IMG/VR virus record: IMGVR_UViG_3300043567_000437
Span: 1-25,964 of that record
DNA from: a virus
Lineage: Duplodnaviria; Caudoviricetes
Reading direction: 5' to 3' (one strand)
DNA length: 25,964 nucleotides
The notes under the pieces were generated by a model. That model was not told the DNA's origin. It did no database searches and saw only the letters and a list, made by a program, of their open reading frames with translations. The position numbers and the translations under genes were made by a program. Within the stretch, counting starts at the first letter, position 1. Each line of letters begins with the position of its first letter. Of the stretch, positions 15,201 through 23,662 are shown piece after piece.

Positions 15201-17020
15201 CCGACCGCAACGTCGGCGTCCGCACGGGCGGACTGCAACGCCCGCGTGGCCTCGTTGACGAGAGCCTGCGCATCCGTGACCGCCTGCTGCCGCTGCGCCG
15301 GGGTGACGATCTTGCGACCACGGCGGGCAACGCGCGGAACGCCAGCCTGCTCCTGCGCAAGTTGCATCTCGGCAAGCGCATCGCGCGCTGCCTGATAGTC
15401 GGCCTCCGCCCTGTCGAGCGCGGCCTGCGCCTCCGCGATCACTGCCTGCTGCGCCTCGCGGTTCTGCGCTCCGGCCTCGAACGTCCGCTGCGACTCCAGC
15501 GCGGGCGCGAGTGCAGCGTCGAGATCCTGACGGTGGGCAAGCAGCGACTCGACCTTGGCTCGGATCTGCGCACGCCTATCAGACAGTTCCCGCAGGAAGA
15601 TGCCGCGCTCCTCCTGATTCATTCCGTTCAGGTTGTTCAGCGCGACAGCAACCTCGGCCTGCTGCGTGTCGTCCAGTTCCTCCGTCCAGTTCGTCCGAGC
15701 CTTCATGGCGTCGGAGTGCAGTTGACGCAGGCGGATCTCCGCGTCCGTCTCCGGGCGGAATGCGTCCTGCCTGTTCTTGATGGCACGACCAGCGACTGCC
15801 CCGGTCACGCCGACGCCGCCGCCGATGCCTCCGGCGACACTGCCGATGAAGGCGCTGTACAGGCCGTCGGACAGATCCTTGGACAGCGGAGCCTCGGTGA
15901 ACGGGGCTTCGAGGATCGCTGCTCCAAGTTCTTCGGCACCTTCCTCGGCGGCAGACGTGGCGACAAGCCTCGCCGCATCACCGAAGAACCCGTTCCGGAA
16001 CCGCATCGTCCCCTGCGACACGCGCGCAAACGCCTCCGCGCCAGCCTGCCCGGCCTTGCTTGCCATCGCCTTCTGCACGATGGGCGCACCGCGCTCCGAC
16101 AGCGCGCCAAGCGCAGACCGCCCGACCTTGCTGCTGACCATCTTCGCGCCGATCGTCCCGATGGCACGCCCGGCAACTCCTGCGCCGATGACTTCCGTCC
16201 CGGTCTGGATCATGGCCGACGCCGTCGCGCGGCGCTGCATCTCGTCCACGCTGTACTGCGACAGTTCCTTGCCGTCCAGTGCCTCCTGCGCACGCTTGGC
16301 GTCGATCTCGTCGAGGTACGCCAACTGCCCGCCAGTCCATGCCGACAGCGGGAGGGTCGCCTGCGACGCAATGTTGGCCGCGACCACTGGAAGCCCGGCA
16401 CCGCCAGTGGCGATCGCCCCGGCGACCCCGGCGAACTGCGGCAGCGTCTGGCCGATGGCACGGGCAACGTCGCCCGTTACGCCCTGCTGCTGACCAGCCG
16501 CCATGCCCTCGGCAGCACCGCGGGCGGCGATCTGCTCCGTCCGCAGGTCGTCAACGGTCAGCCCCGAGCCGGACGGCTCCAGAGCCTGCGATGCCAGACG
16601 ACCCATGACGGGAGCAATCGGGCGCGCATAGGGCGCGGCAACGGCGAACCACGGGTCGAGAACCGACTCGAAGAACTTGGCCCGCAGGCCGGGAGTGGCG
16701 ATTGCCTGCGCAGCCTGCGCCATAGTCTGGCGGAGTCCGCGCTCGACTTCCCTCGGTTCCGCCTGAATCGAAGGGAACCGCAGCGCCTCCGGAAGCATCG
16801 GAAGCACTTCCGGGATCACCAACTCGTTCTGATAGTCCGCCGCCGCGATCCGCTGAAGATCCTGCTCCCCCGCCGCCGCGCCCGGAGCAGCACCCGGCTG
16901 CGCCGATGCCGCCGCCTTGGCAATCCTTTCAAACGGATCTGAAACCGCGCCGCCCGTGTCAAGACCAGCGGAAGAGGCGGCGTTCTTGATACGGTCAAAC
17001 GCGGAGTCGAAGGTTGACAT
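9218..17020 (-). CDS. 2600-aa large polyvalent virion/ejection-type protein with a degenerate zincin-like domain and two ART-PolyVal-like ADP-ribosyltransferase domains
   Basis: Last and largest of the ejection-like genes. Ala/Gly-rich hydrophobic N-terminus, TIYLNAD..AYEEVFH, WFGDSKVVD..GRPLVVYHGT..GIFFS..GYDG..YVAFDSNQAKS, and a second copy VHG..GFFF..GHDS..VVFFPSQIKSA. Long coiled coils and a hydrophobic C-terminus. Confidence 0.85.
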   Translation of the reverse strand: MSTFDSAFDRIKNAASSAGLDTGGAVSDPFERIAKAAASAQPGAAPGAAAGEQDLQRIAAADYQNELVIPEVLPMLPEALRFPSIQAEPREVERGLRQTMAQAAQAIATPGLRAKFFESVLDPWFAVAAPYARPIAPVMGRLASQALEPSGSGLTVDDLRTEQIAARGAAEGMAAGQQQGVTGDVARAIGQTLPQFAGVAGAIATGGAGLPVVAANIASQATLPLSAWTGGQLAYLDEIDAKRAQEALDGKELSQYSVDEMQRRATASAMIQTGTEVIGAGVAGRAIGTIGAKMVSSKVGRSALGALSERGAPIVQKAMASKAGQAGAEAFARVSQGTMRFRNGFFGDAARLVATSAAEEGAEELGAAILEAPFTEAPLSKDLSDGLYSAFIGSVAGGIGGGVGVTGAVAGRAIKNRQDAFRPETDAEIRLRQLHSDAMKARTNWTEELDDTQQAEVAVALNNLNGMNQEERGIFLRELSDRRAQIRAKVESLLAHRQDLDAALAPALESQRTFEAGAQNREAQQAVIAEAQAALDRAEADYQAARDALAEMQLAQEQAGVPRVARRGRKIVTPAQRQQAVTDAQALVNEATRALQSARADADVAVGLELSPGQSIDPTEAVDDIRRQVEETDAELRMLTNDHMIANATYAAVSEKLSDMPMDVMQRQSDEVLSNLGRSVGVDIKPVKAPKTGGRIQREMEALGIKVVWFRPSSKKFNSPGFHTLETRGTIYLNADANMSSVRAKAYEEVFHDIQMFRPEIAQAYSQQVGLAPIYAAGAQYAEGQAESAAKGRADAFARIQAAVAAAGIEGVDVEVPAAVSRIGAARLEQEGEANAFGPTAARVGGRGVLSPLVRFAARRGLMGREVAGAMSVIDAVARAAAVEKAAGVKPDATLSPLGRTLLWMEDMSVDIPAEIEQASQPEAEQAQPAAPQAPQPQPAGVSMAREPRPLSSFTPEWREWFGDSKVVDDQGRPLVVYHGTNAQFDAFAPTSQSVNETTFGPVEVERTGIFFSNNPQFASQYGNSIIPSYLAMQNPATVTRNLVLEFADTIDAFGADRDLWIAAKNSSGWRLFDDELGRRFVAFLKNRGYDGAIFDEDLVINGESIESTTYVAFDSNQAKSVFNERPTSAPGISMSRASDSDYLAAVERGDMATAQRMVDEAARTAGYTVRGVHGVASGKLEGGAFAPELLGTNTGAPSARMGFFFGSKETAKYYASKGELNPLSGREYADKFKALAKELLDKTPQQYRDKYREWAGSFAYELARGNDAFVPENAGYSALTNYDYFELLADTGLYVRNDVLDFKMPQEEHDALFDFIDNTWLPKWYALVEESAAGSIPPEALVNAYLKMENPFTYDFKGEAYREESYASIIENAKASGHDSVLLLNTYDGSATPDDIKVVFFPSQIKSANPVTRDEQGNVIPLSKRFDVTTPLISFSREGDAEAASLREQIAVLQRQIRDVQNVTAAQRTNAIREVRILERRLLTAERVAEQKTLQATRAKMRVELEREAAKEDMAAADAQIAKLQTRLDSAKASVESLKQELGSLRRGENLEQRLADAEETAQRAIDFAYAIGRREGLVSGQVAGQKQERRVVRKLSERLAIVEERLNTAVPALREARRQIKQDAAAAQRAINFAYGMGLAKGRVQGVMEGRRQVLKRMAQREDTLQRQLFELREMSRMRADQKEQVADAVRRIAADAAKMLPVAQRGVLAIKIANAKTLAQANRIAVDAVKQAADAEVADTIKEIKALRKRLGRRGMTYTTRTRVEALLAQAEAGLKTTSGQRLRAAVQAQRGATPVLVNAVDMYSAVVDAAALVEQAGLLHSLDRQQYLAQRAARIARYDALRQDMLNNMSGRPTLAEADRADKAATIPFYRRVGRANSDIYTMMLELEGSDAGVLNNLLVSAQAGKGEASLEHASILRQIVPALQAAGYTSIDDYALKNGLLGEASANLRTVRMGGQDVTLPVGTILSVAAMDDETLALFPDTPGTAGQGITFAGAETTKTFYPSRQDIEAIRSGLSAQERGIVDAMKTVLETQIRDRVMDAVFAVEGDQPPVVQNYWPRVRLSKQKGDASNLNATAGNLVRGALTNVGFAQARTGGTEPLIYRDAFQTWERHVQVALDMIHMAQPYRDAATVLTDPAVVAGIDRQFGNGTAEMVLAVFSNGVGATARSNPTIIDKLTNNVTGAVLALRPRTLAKVLVGGQMRLASEIPLGYWSKGVARAASRLRNPLAWDARVEEIHSLNGYFSRRHQMHMRSIISGSLSDADRVRISTAWNSMIDSFRAAGQNLAAAQLTDAAGRFKDASNGANMMIASVVDMLRYMDEQIMLAAVEARLAEIEDEGILTGQDALREAALRAERDFRRTQNASDEFDDSLLSAYNRVKGASGWRIFFPFSSDPVKARNQIRRAFISGDRRLETGLAIGANMAASTIIGAASLATTGYLVSLVAGLFGGDGPSDEEEKEAMEAAKRLPVGVLNEAMSSTLGYLGIVLGWVTSAIEFRRAPFTPIAVRPVEQVIREATGPKPIPERVVAALLAASQFAGFPMYGLYQFVRDFMPKPEREKSSTTKEPQSPRDRLMERIERRRREIERARQGGAAVR

Positions 17021-17023
17021 TGG

Positions 17024-18556
17024 TTATCGGTTTCGGAGTTGTGCCGCGATTCGGTAGATGATCCCGAGGCGCGCCCGGTCGGTTGGGTTGGTCGAAGCGG
17101 CCAACTGTTCGGCAGTATCCGCGAGGAACGACATGGGATCCACACCCTCCGGAATCTGAATCCCGGCGTCCTGCAACTGCATCCGCAACTGGGCAGGCAT
17201 GGTGCCTGCGGCGGCAGGGGCGCCAGCACCCCGCGCAGGGGCGCTAGGAGCGCCCGTAGAGCCTTCGGTTCCCTCACGGAGCAGACGGGCCTCCTCTTCG
17301 CTCACGGTCGCCTGTGCGCCCGCCCTGCGGCCTTCCTGCATCGTCCGCTCGCCCATCGCCTGCTCACGCTGCAACTTGGCCTGCTCAAGATCCTGCTGGT
17401 ACTGCTCCTGCGCCTGACCGCGGCGCATCTCCGACACCCCGCCGCGGATGCCCGCCTGCGAGTACGGGGACATCTGGCCGATCTGATCCTGCGGCTGGAT
17501 CTGGAACCGGGGGGCGCGCGCAAGCCGACTTGCCAGAGTCTGGCTGACAATGTCGATGTCGGCTGCGTTGTACGGCATCGTCCACCCGATGTTGCGGGTC
17601 AGGCGCTGCGCCTCCTGCAACAGCAGGGGAATCCGCTGCTGCGGGGCAATGCCCATGATGCTGTCGTACCCGACCTGCTGAATCGCCATGTCGGCAAGGT
17701 CATCAAGCGCGCCGGGGTTCGACTGGCTGAAGTAGTAGGACGGGAAACTCGCCATCCGCTTGATCCCGGCAGCGGGCGGGGCAAGCAGTGCGAAGCGGTT
17801 GGTGTTCATTTGCCACCGCTTGATCTCCTGCACCCGCTGCGCCCGGATCTCCTCCGGGATCGATTCGTTCTCCACGAAGCCGCGCTGCATGAGCGCGTAC
17901 TGCTCGTTGGTCTGGACGGCCCAGTTGTCCGCAAGTGACTGCGACACCTCAAGTTGCGTCCTGTCGGCCATCTGCCGCATCTCCGCGATCGCCTCGCGGT
18001 CGCCTGCGGTGGCACGGTCGTAGAACCGCTGGATGGTCGAGTACGTCCCCATCGGGTCGCGCTCAAGACCGATCGACGCGAACTCGCTCAAGCCGGGGGC
18101 ATAAGCCTCCAGTTCCTTCGCCATCTGCGCGACGGGAGCCTGAAGCCGCTTCGCGTCGCGGGTGCGGCGCATCTGCTGCGCCATCGAGATTCGGCCCTCC
18201 GCGCGCTGCTGCATCGCGGCGAACCACTGCTCGTTCGTCATCCGGATCGCCTGACGCTGCCCGTTCTTGTCGGTGAACAGCGCGGCGGGCGTACCGTCCG
18301 GAAGGGTGCCGAAGTCCATCGCCTCCAGACCCGTGTAGTAGCCGTTCGAGAGCGCCTGATCAACGGCCTCGTAGGAGCCGTAGGGCGCGATCTCCTTGCT
18401 TCCTCGCGGATCCATCGCCGCCTTGCGAAGCATCTCGTCGTCGTCGAGGACATCGACCTGCTTCTCCTCGACGGGACGCTGGAACCCCTCGTTCAGCGTG
18501 AGCGGAGGCTGCTGGCTGAAGTCGGTCGGCTCCGGCATGTTCGGCATTGCGCTCAT
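17024..18556 (-). CDS. Putative internal virion/DNA ejection protein (510 aa)
   Basis: Helical Gln/Ala/Met-rich ORF between the hub gene cluster and the giant protein; ATGA coupling. Function inferred from position only. Confidence 0.65.
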   Translation of the reverse strand: MSAMPNMPEPTDFSQQPPLTLNEGFQRPVEEKQVDVLDDDEMLRKAAMDPRGSKEIAPYGSYEAVDQALSNGYYTGLEAMDFGTLPDGTPAALFTDKNGQRQAIRMTNEQWFAAMQQRAEGRISMAQQMRRTRDAKRLQAPVAQMAKELEAYAPGLSEFASIGLERDPMGTYSTIQRFYDRATAGDREAIAEMRQMADRTQLEVSQSLADNWAVQTNEQYALMQRGFVENESIPEEIRAQRVQEIKRWQMNTNRFALLAPPAAGIKRMASFPSYYFSQSNPGALDDLADMAIQQVGYDSIMGIAPQQRIPLLLQEAQRLTRNIGWTMPYNAADIDIVSQTLASRLARAPRFQIQPQDQIGQMSPYSQAGIRGGVSEMRRGQAQEQYQQDLEQAKLQREQAMGERTMQEGRRAGAQATVSEEEARLLREGTEGSTGAPSAPARGAGAPAAAGTMPAQLRMQLQDAGIQIPEGVDPMSFLADTAEQLAASTNPTDRARLGIIYRIAAQLRNR

Positions 18557-19083
18557 CGCTGAATCCCCAGCATCAGGTTGCGGACGCGACCGGACGCGCT
18601 CGGCGGCGCCTCCTGCTGCATGATCGACGGGAACATCCCGACGTTGAAGTCGTAGGGTTCCTTCTGCTTCACGGGCTGCGAGATGCCTGCCGCGATGTCG
18701 GTCATCTTGACGTTGCCAAGACCCTCGGACATCACCGACGCGCGGGACGCCTGACCCTGCGCGATCTCCTCCGCGGTCGCTTCCTTCGACAGCGTGGACA
18801 GCCGCTCCTGCTCACGACCGAACTCCGCACGCGCCTCCGCGGCAGGACGCGCGAGGGCGACCTGAAGACCGGGAGTCGCGGCAGTGATGGCCGCGCCGAA
18901 CGAACTGTACGGGTTGTTCGGGTTGTAGTTCTGCAAGCCTCCGGCAAGTCCCATCAGGAAACTGCCGCCGACGCGCCCGGCGCCGGACAGGAAGTTGTCC
19001 CACCCGGACGCCTCCTTCGGCTGAACCTGCGGAAGCGTCTGCATCGCGGAACGAAGACCGACGTTTGCCATGAAACTGCTCAT
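18553..19083 (-). CDS. Putative internal virion protein (176 aa)
   Basis: Gly/Ala-rich amphipathic segments; TAATG coupling. Confidence 0.65.
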   Translation of the reverse strand: MSSFMANVGLRSAMQTLPQVQPKEASGWDNFLSGAGRVGGSFLMGLAGGLQNYNPNNPYSSFGAAITAATPGLQVALARPAAEARAEFGREQERLSTLSKEATAEEIAQGQASRASVMSEGLGNVKMTDIAAGISQPVKQKEPYDFNVGMFPSIMQQEAPPSASGRVRNLMLGIQR

Positions 19084-19892
19084 TACCGCTGTCCTCCGAA
19101 TGCCTGACCGAACGGCGAAAGAGCCTGACCGACGCCGCCACCGATTCCCTCGGCAATCGCGCCGATGCCTGCACCGAGCAGCGCGCCGCCGAGCGCGTTG
19201 CCGGAGGCCATGTCCATCATGGCCTTCTGCGTCGCCGCCGAGTAGCGATTCTCGATCGGGCGCGTCATCAGGCCGATGTTCTGCTGCATCTGCGCCGCAC
19301 GAGCAGCCTGCGCCGCAGCCGTGTACTGCTGGTACTGGCCGCTCTGGTACTGCGCGCTGCCGAGTCCGGCACTGAACAGGCTCTGCGCGGCCTGCTGTTC
19401 CATTCCGGCAAGGGCAGACGCCTGCGCCATCTGCGCGGACGCGAGGGTCTGCGCGTACTGCTCCTGCACCGCACCTGCCTGAAGTGCGCCCTGCGCGGCG
19501 ACGGCGTTCACCGCAGCCTGCCCGAACGTGGTGTTGGAAAGCCCGGTCAGCATCCCGCTCAACTGCTGGCGCGCGACGGCGAGATCCGTCTGCTGCTTCA
19601 GCAGGCCAAGCGTGGCATCTCGTCCGGACTCAAGCGTCTTGTACGCCTCCTTGCCAGCGGCAGCGAACGCGGCGCGGGACTGCGCCATCACGTCGCCGTA
19701 CTGCTTGACGGCGCTGTTGTACGCCTGCGAGTACACGGCGGCGTTCGTCGTCCGCTCCTTTAGGAAGTTGTCGATGATCTTCCCGTACTCGACGTTCGCG
19801 TACCGACGCGCTCCGGCGTAACCCTTCTCCATCTGCTTGATCGCAGCGGTGTAGTCGGTTTCGCCTCCGAACAGGTTGCTGAACAGGCCCAT
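19083..19892 (-). CDS. Putative DNA ejection/pilot protein (P22 gp7-like composition)
   Basis: Starts MGLFSNLFGG, Ala/Gln-rich body, Gly-rich hydrophobic C-terminus; TGATG coupling directly after the hub gene. Confidence 0.7.
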   Translation of the reverse strand: MGLFSNLFGGETDYTAAIKQMEKGYAGARRYANVEYGKIIDNFLKERTTNAAVYSQAYNSAVKQYGDVMAQSRAAFAAAGKEAYKTLESGRDATLGLLKQQTDLAVARQQLSGMLTGLSNTTFGQAAVNAVAAQGALQAGAVQEQYAQTLASAQMAQASALAGMEQQAAQSLFSAGLGSAQYQSGQYQQYTAAAQAARAAQMQQNIGLMTRPIENRYSAATQKAMMDMASGNALGGALLGAGIGAIAEGIGGGVGQALSPFGQAFGGQR

Positions 19893-22051
19893 CAGTAGGT
19901 TCCCTTCACGTTCTTGGTGTGGCCGTAAGGCTCGACCAGCACGGCCATGCGCTCGATAGCCCAAGGTACGCCAAGGCTTTCGATTCGCACATACGCCGCC
20001 TGATCGCGGATCCGGCACCGGAAAGCGTCGTTCCTGCCGGGAAGCAGCGTCCCGAGCGGGTTCTGGTTGGTGTTGTCGTAGGTCGCGCTGCTGACCGTGT
20101 AGCGCGGGGACGTGATGTCCGAAGGAAGGGCGAACCCGGCAGACTTCTGCGCCGACGCATAGACGTAGGTTCCGCCGGGAGTGTCAGCCGACGTGCCGGG
20201 AAGCGTCTCGTCGCGGGACATCATGGTCGCATTCGGGTCGGTCGTGTGCTGGATTTTCCAGTCCGTCGAGGCACCAGCCACGTTGTAGACCCGATTGATC
20301 TGCTTGAAGTAGGTACGCCCGGTCGGGTCGGTGATCAGGGTGTCGGAGGTCAGGTACGTCCCGGCGATCTCCGTCTCGTAGAACAGGTCAAGCGCCTTGT
20401 CCGTCGCCGTAGACCACGAGGTGTTGTAGACGCCACAGTCGTAGGTGGTCGTGAACGTCGGATTCCCGGTCGCAGGCTGGTTCCCAGCGTCCACCAGAAC
20501 CTCCGGGAAGTCGGGATCCTCGGTCACGGTCACGGAGGTGATGTTCTCTCCGATCGCCTCCTCGGCTGTCTGACCGGACAGGATCGATGCAAACGGGCCG
20601 GACAGACGCTCAACAGGAGTGTTGAACGCAGACTCCTCGATCGGCTCGTCCATCGTCAGTTCGATGCGAACGTCCTTCATCATCACCTGCCCGAGCGTCG
20701 GCTGAAGCACGGGGCCGAACGTCAGGCTGCTCGTGATCTTCTGCGCCGCCGCCTCCGTGTTGTCCACGGTGAAGTCGCTGATCACCTTGTAGCCGACCGC
20801 CGCCTGACCGTCCACGCCGGAGACGAGGTCGCGGTCGAACCAACCGATGTAGCCGTCCTCGCTGCCGAAGGCAAGGATGGGAGCGCGGGAGTCACCGAAC
20901 GGAAAGTCTCCGCAGCACGTCGGGGCATGGAACGCAGGCCACCCGGTCTGGATCGGCCAGAAGGCGTCCGTCGCCTGACTGTAGAGCAGGTGGACGCTGC
21001 TTGCCGGGAGGTCGGTGCGCGACATCATGCAGTAGACGTTCTGCGCCTCCGCGTCGTAGCCAAGCACGCAGTTCAGGGCGTCGAACTTCTGCTGCTGGAA
21101 GAAGGTGTCGAGGCGACCGCTCGTGATGCGACCGCTCTTCGTCACCTGAAAGTCGTTCGGCTGGACGCGGTACAGACCGTCCTGCGCCATCATGTAGATC
21201 GTCTGCGCGTCTGAAGCGCACCACGCACGCTCGGACACGATGCCGACCGAACGCGACAGTTCGATCAGCCGCGCGTCCGTCACCACCGGGTCGGCAGTGA
21301 GGTATGTCATCGTGTGCCGTCCAGCGAACAACAGGCCGCTCTCGCCAACAGGGACGAGCGCGACGATCGGCTCACCGGGAACGCCGAATCGAGTCGAGGA
21401 CACGCCATTAACAGCGTCATGTATGTTGCCAGCACTCGGATGCCAGTCGTCCGGGTCGTTGATATGGCACAGGAACCAGTTGTTCGGAGCGGACTTCAGT
21501 CCGGACATGGCAAGACGACCGCCGAATCGGACAAGCAACGTCGCTCGATCTGCACCGCTGCCGATGTAGTTGTACGGGCCGTTTGCGTGCGTCCAATCCA
21601 AGACTGCCGGAGTCGCAGAAGTGATGTCAACCTTCCGATAGAACTCGCCGTCCGCAAAGTAGCAGTACTGCCCGAACACAGCCGCGCCAATATGGCCCGA
21701 CGACTTCATGGCGTTGATGCCAGCACCGCGTGTGCATAGTGTCGCAGTGCCACCGTTGTCGATGACGTAGACCTCTCCGCCAGCAACAACGATGCACCTC
21801 TGGGTCAGCGTGCTGCTGACGTATGCATCCGCGCGCAGGATCACCTGCACCTCGCGGATCGCAGCCGTCGGGCTGGTGTTGAACTGGTACGCCCCGAGAA
21901 GCGGCCTGCGCTGCCCGAGCCGCAACTTCCCCTTGTAGGCGTCGTAGGGGATCACGTTCATCGCCTGCGCGGTGAAGCCCGGAGGCAGCGCGGAATACGA
22001 GGAATCCACGCTGACGCCGCGATACGGGAGTGTGACCGGGGAGTATGGCAT
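19892..22051 (-). CDS. Tail tubular protein B / P22 gp10-like head-tail hub (beta-propeller-type)
   Basis: P..GV..S....PPGF...AMNV N-terminus, beta-rich body (GRLAMSG, DPDDW, GEPIVAL, VGIVS, DGLY), and C-terminal YVRIES..PWAIERM. Confidence 0.75.
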   Translation of the reverse strand: MPYSPVTLPYRGVSVDSSYSALPPGFTAQAMNVIPYDAYKGKLRLGQRRPLLGAYQFNTSPTAAIREVQVILRADAYVSSTLTQRCIVVAGGEVYVIDNGGTATLCTRGAGINAMKSSGHIGAAVFGQYCYFADGEFYRKVDITSATPAVLDWTHANGPYNYIGSGADRATLLVRFGGRLAMSGLKSAPNNWFLCHINDPDDWHPSAGNIHDAVNGVSSTRFGVPGEPIVALVPVGESGLLFAGRHTMTYLTADPVVTDARLIELSRSVGIVSERAWCASDAQTIYMMAQDGLYRVQPNDFQVTKSGRITSGRLDTFFQQQKFDALNCVLGYDAEAQNVYCMMSRTDLPASSVHLLYSQATDAFWPIQTGWPAFHAPTCCGDFPFGDSRAPILAFGSEDGYIGWFDRDLVSGVDGQAAVGYKVISDFTVDNTEAAAQKITSSLTFGPVLQPTLGQVMMKDVRIELTMDEPIEESAFNTPVERLSGPFASILSGQTAEEAIGENITSVTVTEDPDFPEVLVDAGNQPATGNPTFTTTYDCGVYNTSWSTATDKALDLFYETEIAGTYLTSDTLITDPTGRTYFKQINRVYNVAGASTDWKIQHTTDPNATMMSRDETLPGTSADTPGGTYVYASAQKSAGFALPSDITSPRYTVSSATYDNTNQNPLGTLLPGRNDAFRCRIRDQAAYVRIESLGVPWAIERMAVLVEPYGHTKNVKGTY

Positions 22052-23154
22052 CAGGAACGAATGCCGATGAACAGGGTGTTGGTCTGTCCGGACAGCCGAA
22101 GCAGAAGACCGTTGTATGTTCCGCTGGTCGAGTAGACGTGCTGCGCGTTGGTAGCGAATGTTCCAGCGATTGACTGGTACGAAATAGCCGCAGGAAAGCC
22201 AACACTAAATCCCGTAGTAGACGTGGTAATTGCGCCGCTTCCGATCAGTTCGCTGGTAAGCGACCCGGTGAACACGGCAAGGACGAGCGCGCCAGCCTGC
22301 GTGTTGTCGAACCTGTTCAGGTAGTTTGTCTTCGTCTCATCTGCCATCGAGCCATAGGCCAGCAGGGTCTTGACCTGCGCCGCGGTCAGTTCGATCGGAG
22401 CCGCGGAACTTCCGGTGTTGTTGCCGATAAGTCGCGCAGTTGCAATGTTCGCAAGGGCGGACAGCGGAACGTCAGTGTTGGCATCGAACGCTCCGGAAGC
22501 AAGCGTCCCGAATCCGAGCGCAGTTCCGGCGCGGCGAAGGACATGGCCGTCGGTTCCTGCGGCAATGTCGGCAGGAGCGCCAGTCGAGTTCGCGGAGCGA
22601 CCGATGACGGTCAGCGCGGTCGATTGACGCAACTTCGCGTCGGTGACACCGTCGCTCGTTCCGGTCGCGCTCTTGATCTTTGCTGTCTCGACGGCGTCGT
22701 TGGCAAGTTCCGTGACCGTGATGCTCCCCGCATACTGGCTTACCGCCACCCACGTCGTCCACGCGCTGCCGTCGTAGCCGCGCGCGAACGCCTTCTGCGT
22801 CTTGGTCGAGACGAGCAACTGCGCGATCGTGCCGCCTGACAACTTGGTGACGTGCAGGACGCCGGGGCCGTCGGTCAACGCCGTCCATCCGGCAGGAACA
22901 TTCGACGTGACCGTCGTGGCGATCGCATACCGACCCTGCACGCTGTACCCGGCTGCGTTGATGTCCGTGCCGGACACGGCAACCTGCGGGTAGGTGCTGG
23001 AGACGTAGCCGAGCGAAGTCCACGCGGTCGTCGCGTCACCGATCTTGACGTTCCCGGTGTCGGTTTCAAAGCCGATCTCACCGGACTCAAGAGTCGGGTT
23101 GGAACTCGTCCAGTTGGACGCGGTGCCGCGACGGATCTGCAACTTGATCGCCAT
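22051..23154 (-). CDS. Tail fibre protein with Mtd_N-like N-terminal domain and knob-like domain
   Basis: IKLQIRRGTASNWTSSNPTLESGEIGFETDTGNVKIGD.TTAWTSLGY; DIN...GRY...P...GVLHV...Q.....R......WTTW knob pattern; fibre repeats ITVTELANDAVETAKI/VTDAKL. Confidence 0.85.
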   Translation of the reverse strand: MAIKLQIRRGTASNWTSSNPTLESGEIGFETDTGNVKIGDATTAWTSLGYVSSTYPQVAVSGTDINAAGYSVQGRYAIATTVTSNVPAGWTALTDGPGVLHVTKLSGGTIAQLLVSTKTQKAFARGYDGSAWTTWVAVSQYAGSITVTELANDAVETAKIKSATGTSDGVTDAKLRQSTALTVIGRSANSTGAPADIAAGTDGHVLRRAGTALGFGTLASGAFDANTDVPLSALANIATARLIGNNTGSSAAPIELTAAQVKTLLAYGSMADETKTNYLNRFDNTQAGALVLAVFTGSLTSELIGSGAITTSTTGFSVGFPAAISYQSIAGTFATNAQHVYSTSGTYNGLLLRLSGQTNTLFIGIRS

Positions 23155-23384
23155 TACTTGTCCTCTTCCACGAACGAAGGCGGCACGCAGTACCAGCCTT
23201 CAGGGATGCGAACCTCGTTGTCGCCCAACTGCCAGCCGTCAGCCGTCTTGACGTACACCTTGCCCCGCACCTGCGGCCCCATCCTGATCGGGCTGCTCTC
23301 GCTTACCAGCACCGTGCGCGTGCAGCCAGTCGCGAATGCGAGAGCCACCGCGACGAAGCACAGAAGGATCAGCAGGAGCGTCAA
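23154..23384 (-). CDS. Lipoprotein, o-spanin (Rz1)-like candidate
   Basis: TTG start, hydrophobic stretch LLLILLCFVAVALAFATG|C with lipobox; stop coupled to the tail fibre start. Confidence 0.6.
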   Translation of the reverse strand: MTLLLILLCFVAVALAFATGCTRTVLVSESSPIRMGPQVRGKVYVKTADGWQLGDNEVRIPEGWYCVPPSFVEEDK

Positions 23385-23463
23385 CCCCCGAACCTCGTCT
23401 GGGAAGAACGGAGTGCGCCCACTGCAGCAGCGACATGACGATGGCTCTGACGAGGTCATACAC
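23239..23463 (-). CDS. Small protein overlapping the lipoprotein gene, i-spanin (Rz)-like candidate
   Basis: Starts directly after the holin stop; amphipathic N-terminus; overlaps the lipoprotein in another frame. Confidence 0.45.
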   Translation of the reverse strand: MYDLVRAIVMSLLQWAHSVLPRRGSGVDAPADPSVLRRGGSRIRDWLHAHGAGKREQPDQDGAAGAGQGVRQDG

Positions 23464-23464
23464 G

Positions 23465-23662
23465 TCACTCGGCCTTCTTGTTGTCCTTGGCGAAGATCAG
23501 CCCGACGCCAGCAATGCACGCAGCGGCCAGCGAACCCCAGTCCGGGACGGTCAGCGGGTCGTTGTCGGTCAGGGAGGTGAGAACAGCGCCGATCGCGACG
23601 AGGATCGCCGCAATGCCAGCGCCAGTGGTCTTCCAAGACGAGTTCTTGAGGATGTCGCTCAT
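23465..23662 (-). CDS. Holin-like two-TM protein (65 aa)
   Basis: SWKTTGAGIAAILVAIGAVL and WGSLAAACIAGVGLIFAKD, with basic C-tail; ATGA coupling. Confidence 0.7.
   Translation of the reverse strand: MSDILKNSSWKTTGAGIAAILVAIGAVLTSLTDNDPLTVPDWGSLAAACIAGVGLIFAKDNKKAE

Noticed and set aside
9218-17020. Tape measure protein
   Set aside because: Context (hub plus ejection-like genes, no tail tube/chaperone genes) and ART-like domains fit a polyvalent ejection protein better.
22051-23154. Diversity-generating retroelement suggested by the Mtd_N domain
   Set aside because: No reverse transcriptase and no TR/VR repeat pair with adenine-specific differences seen in the window; Mtd_N is common without DGRs.
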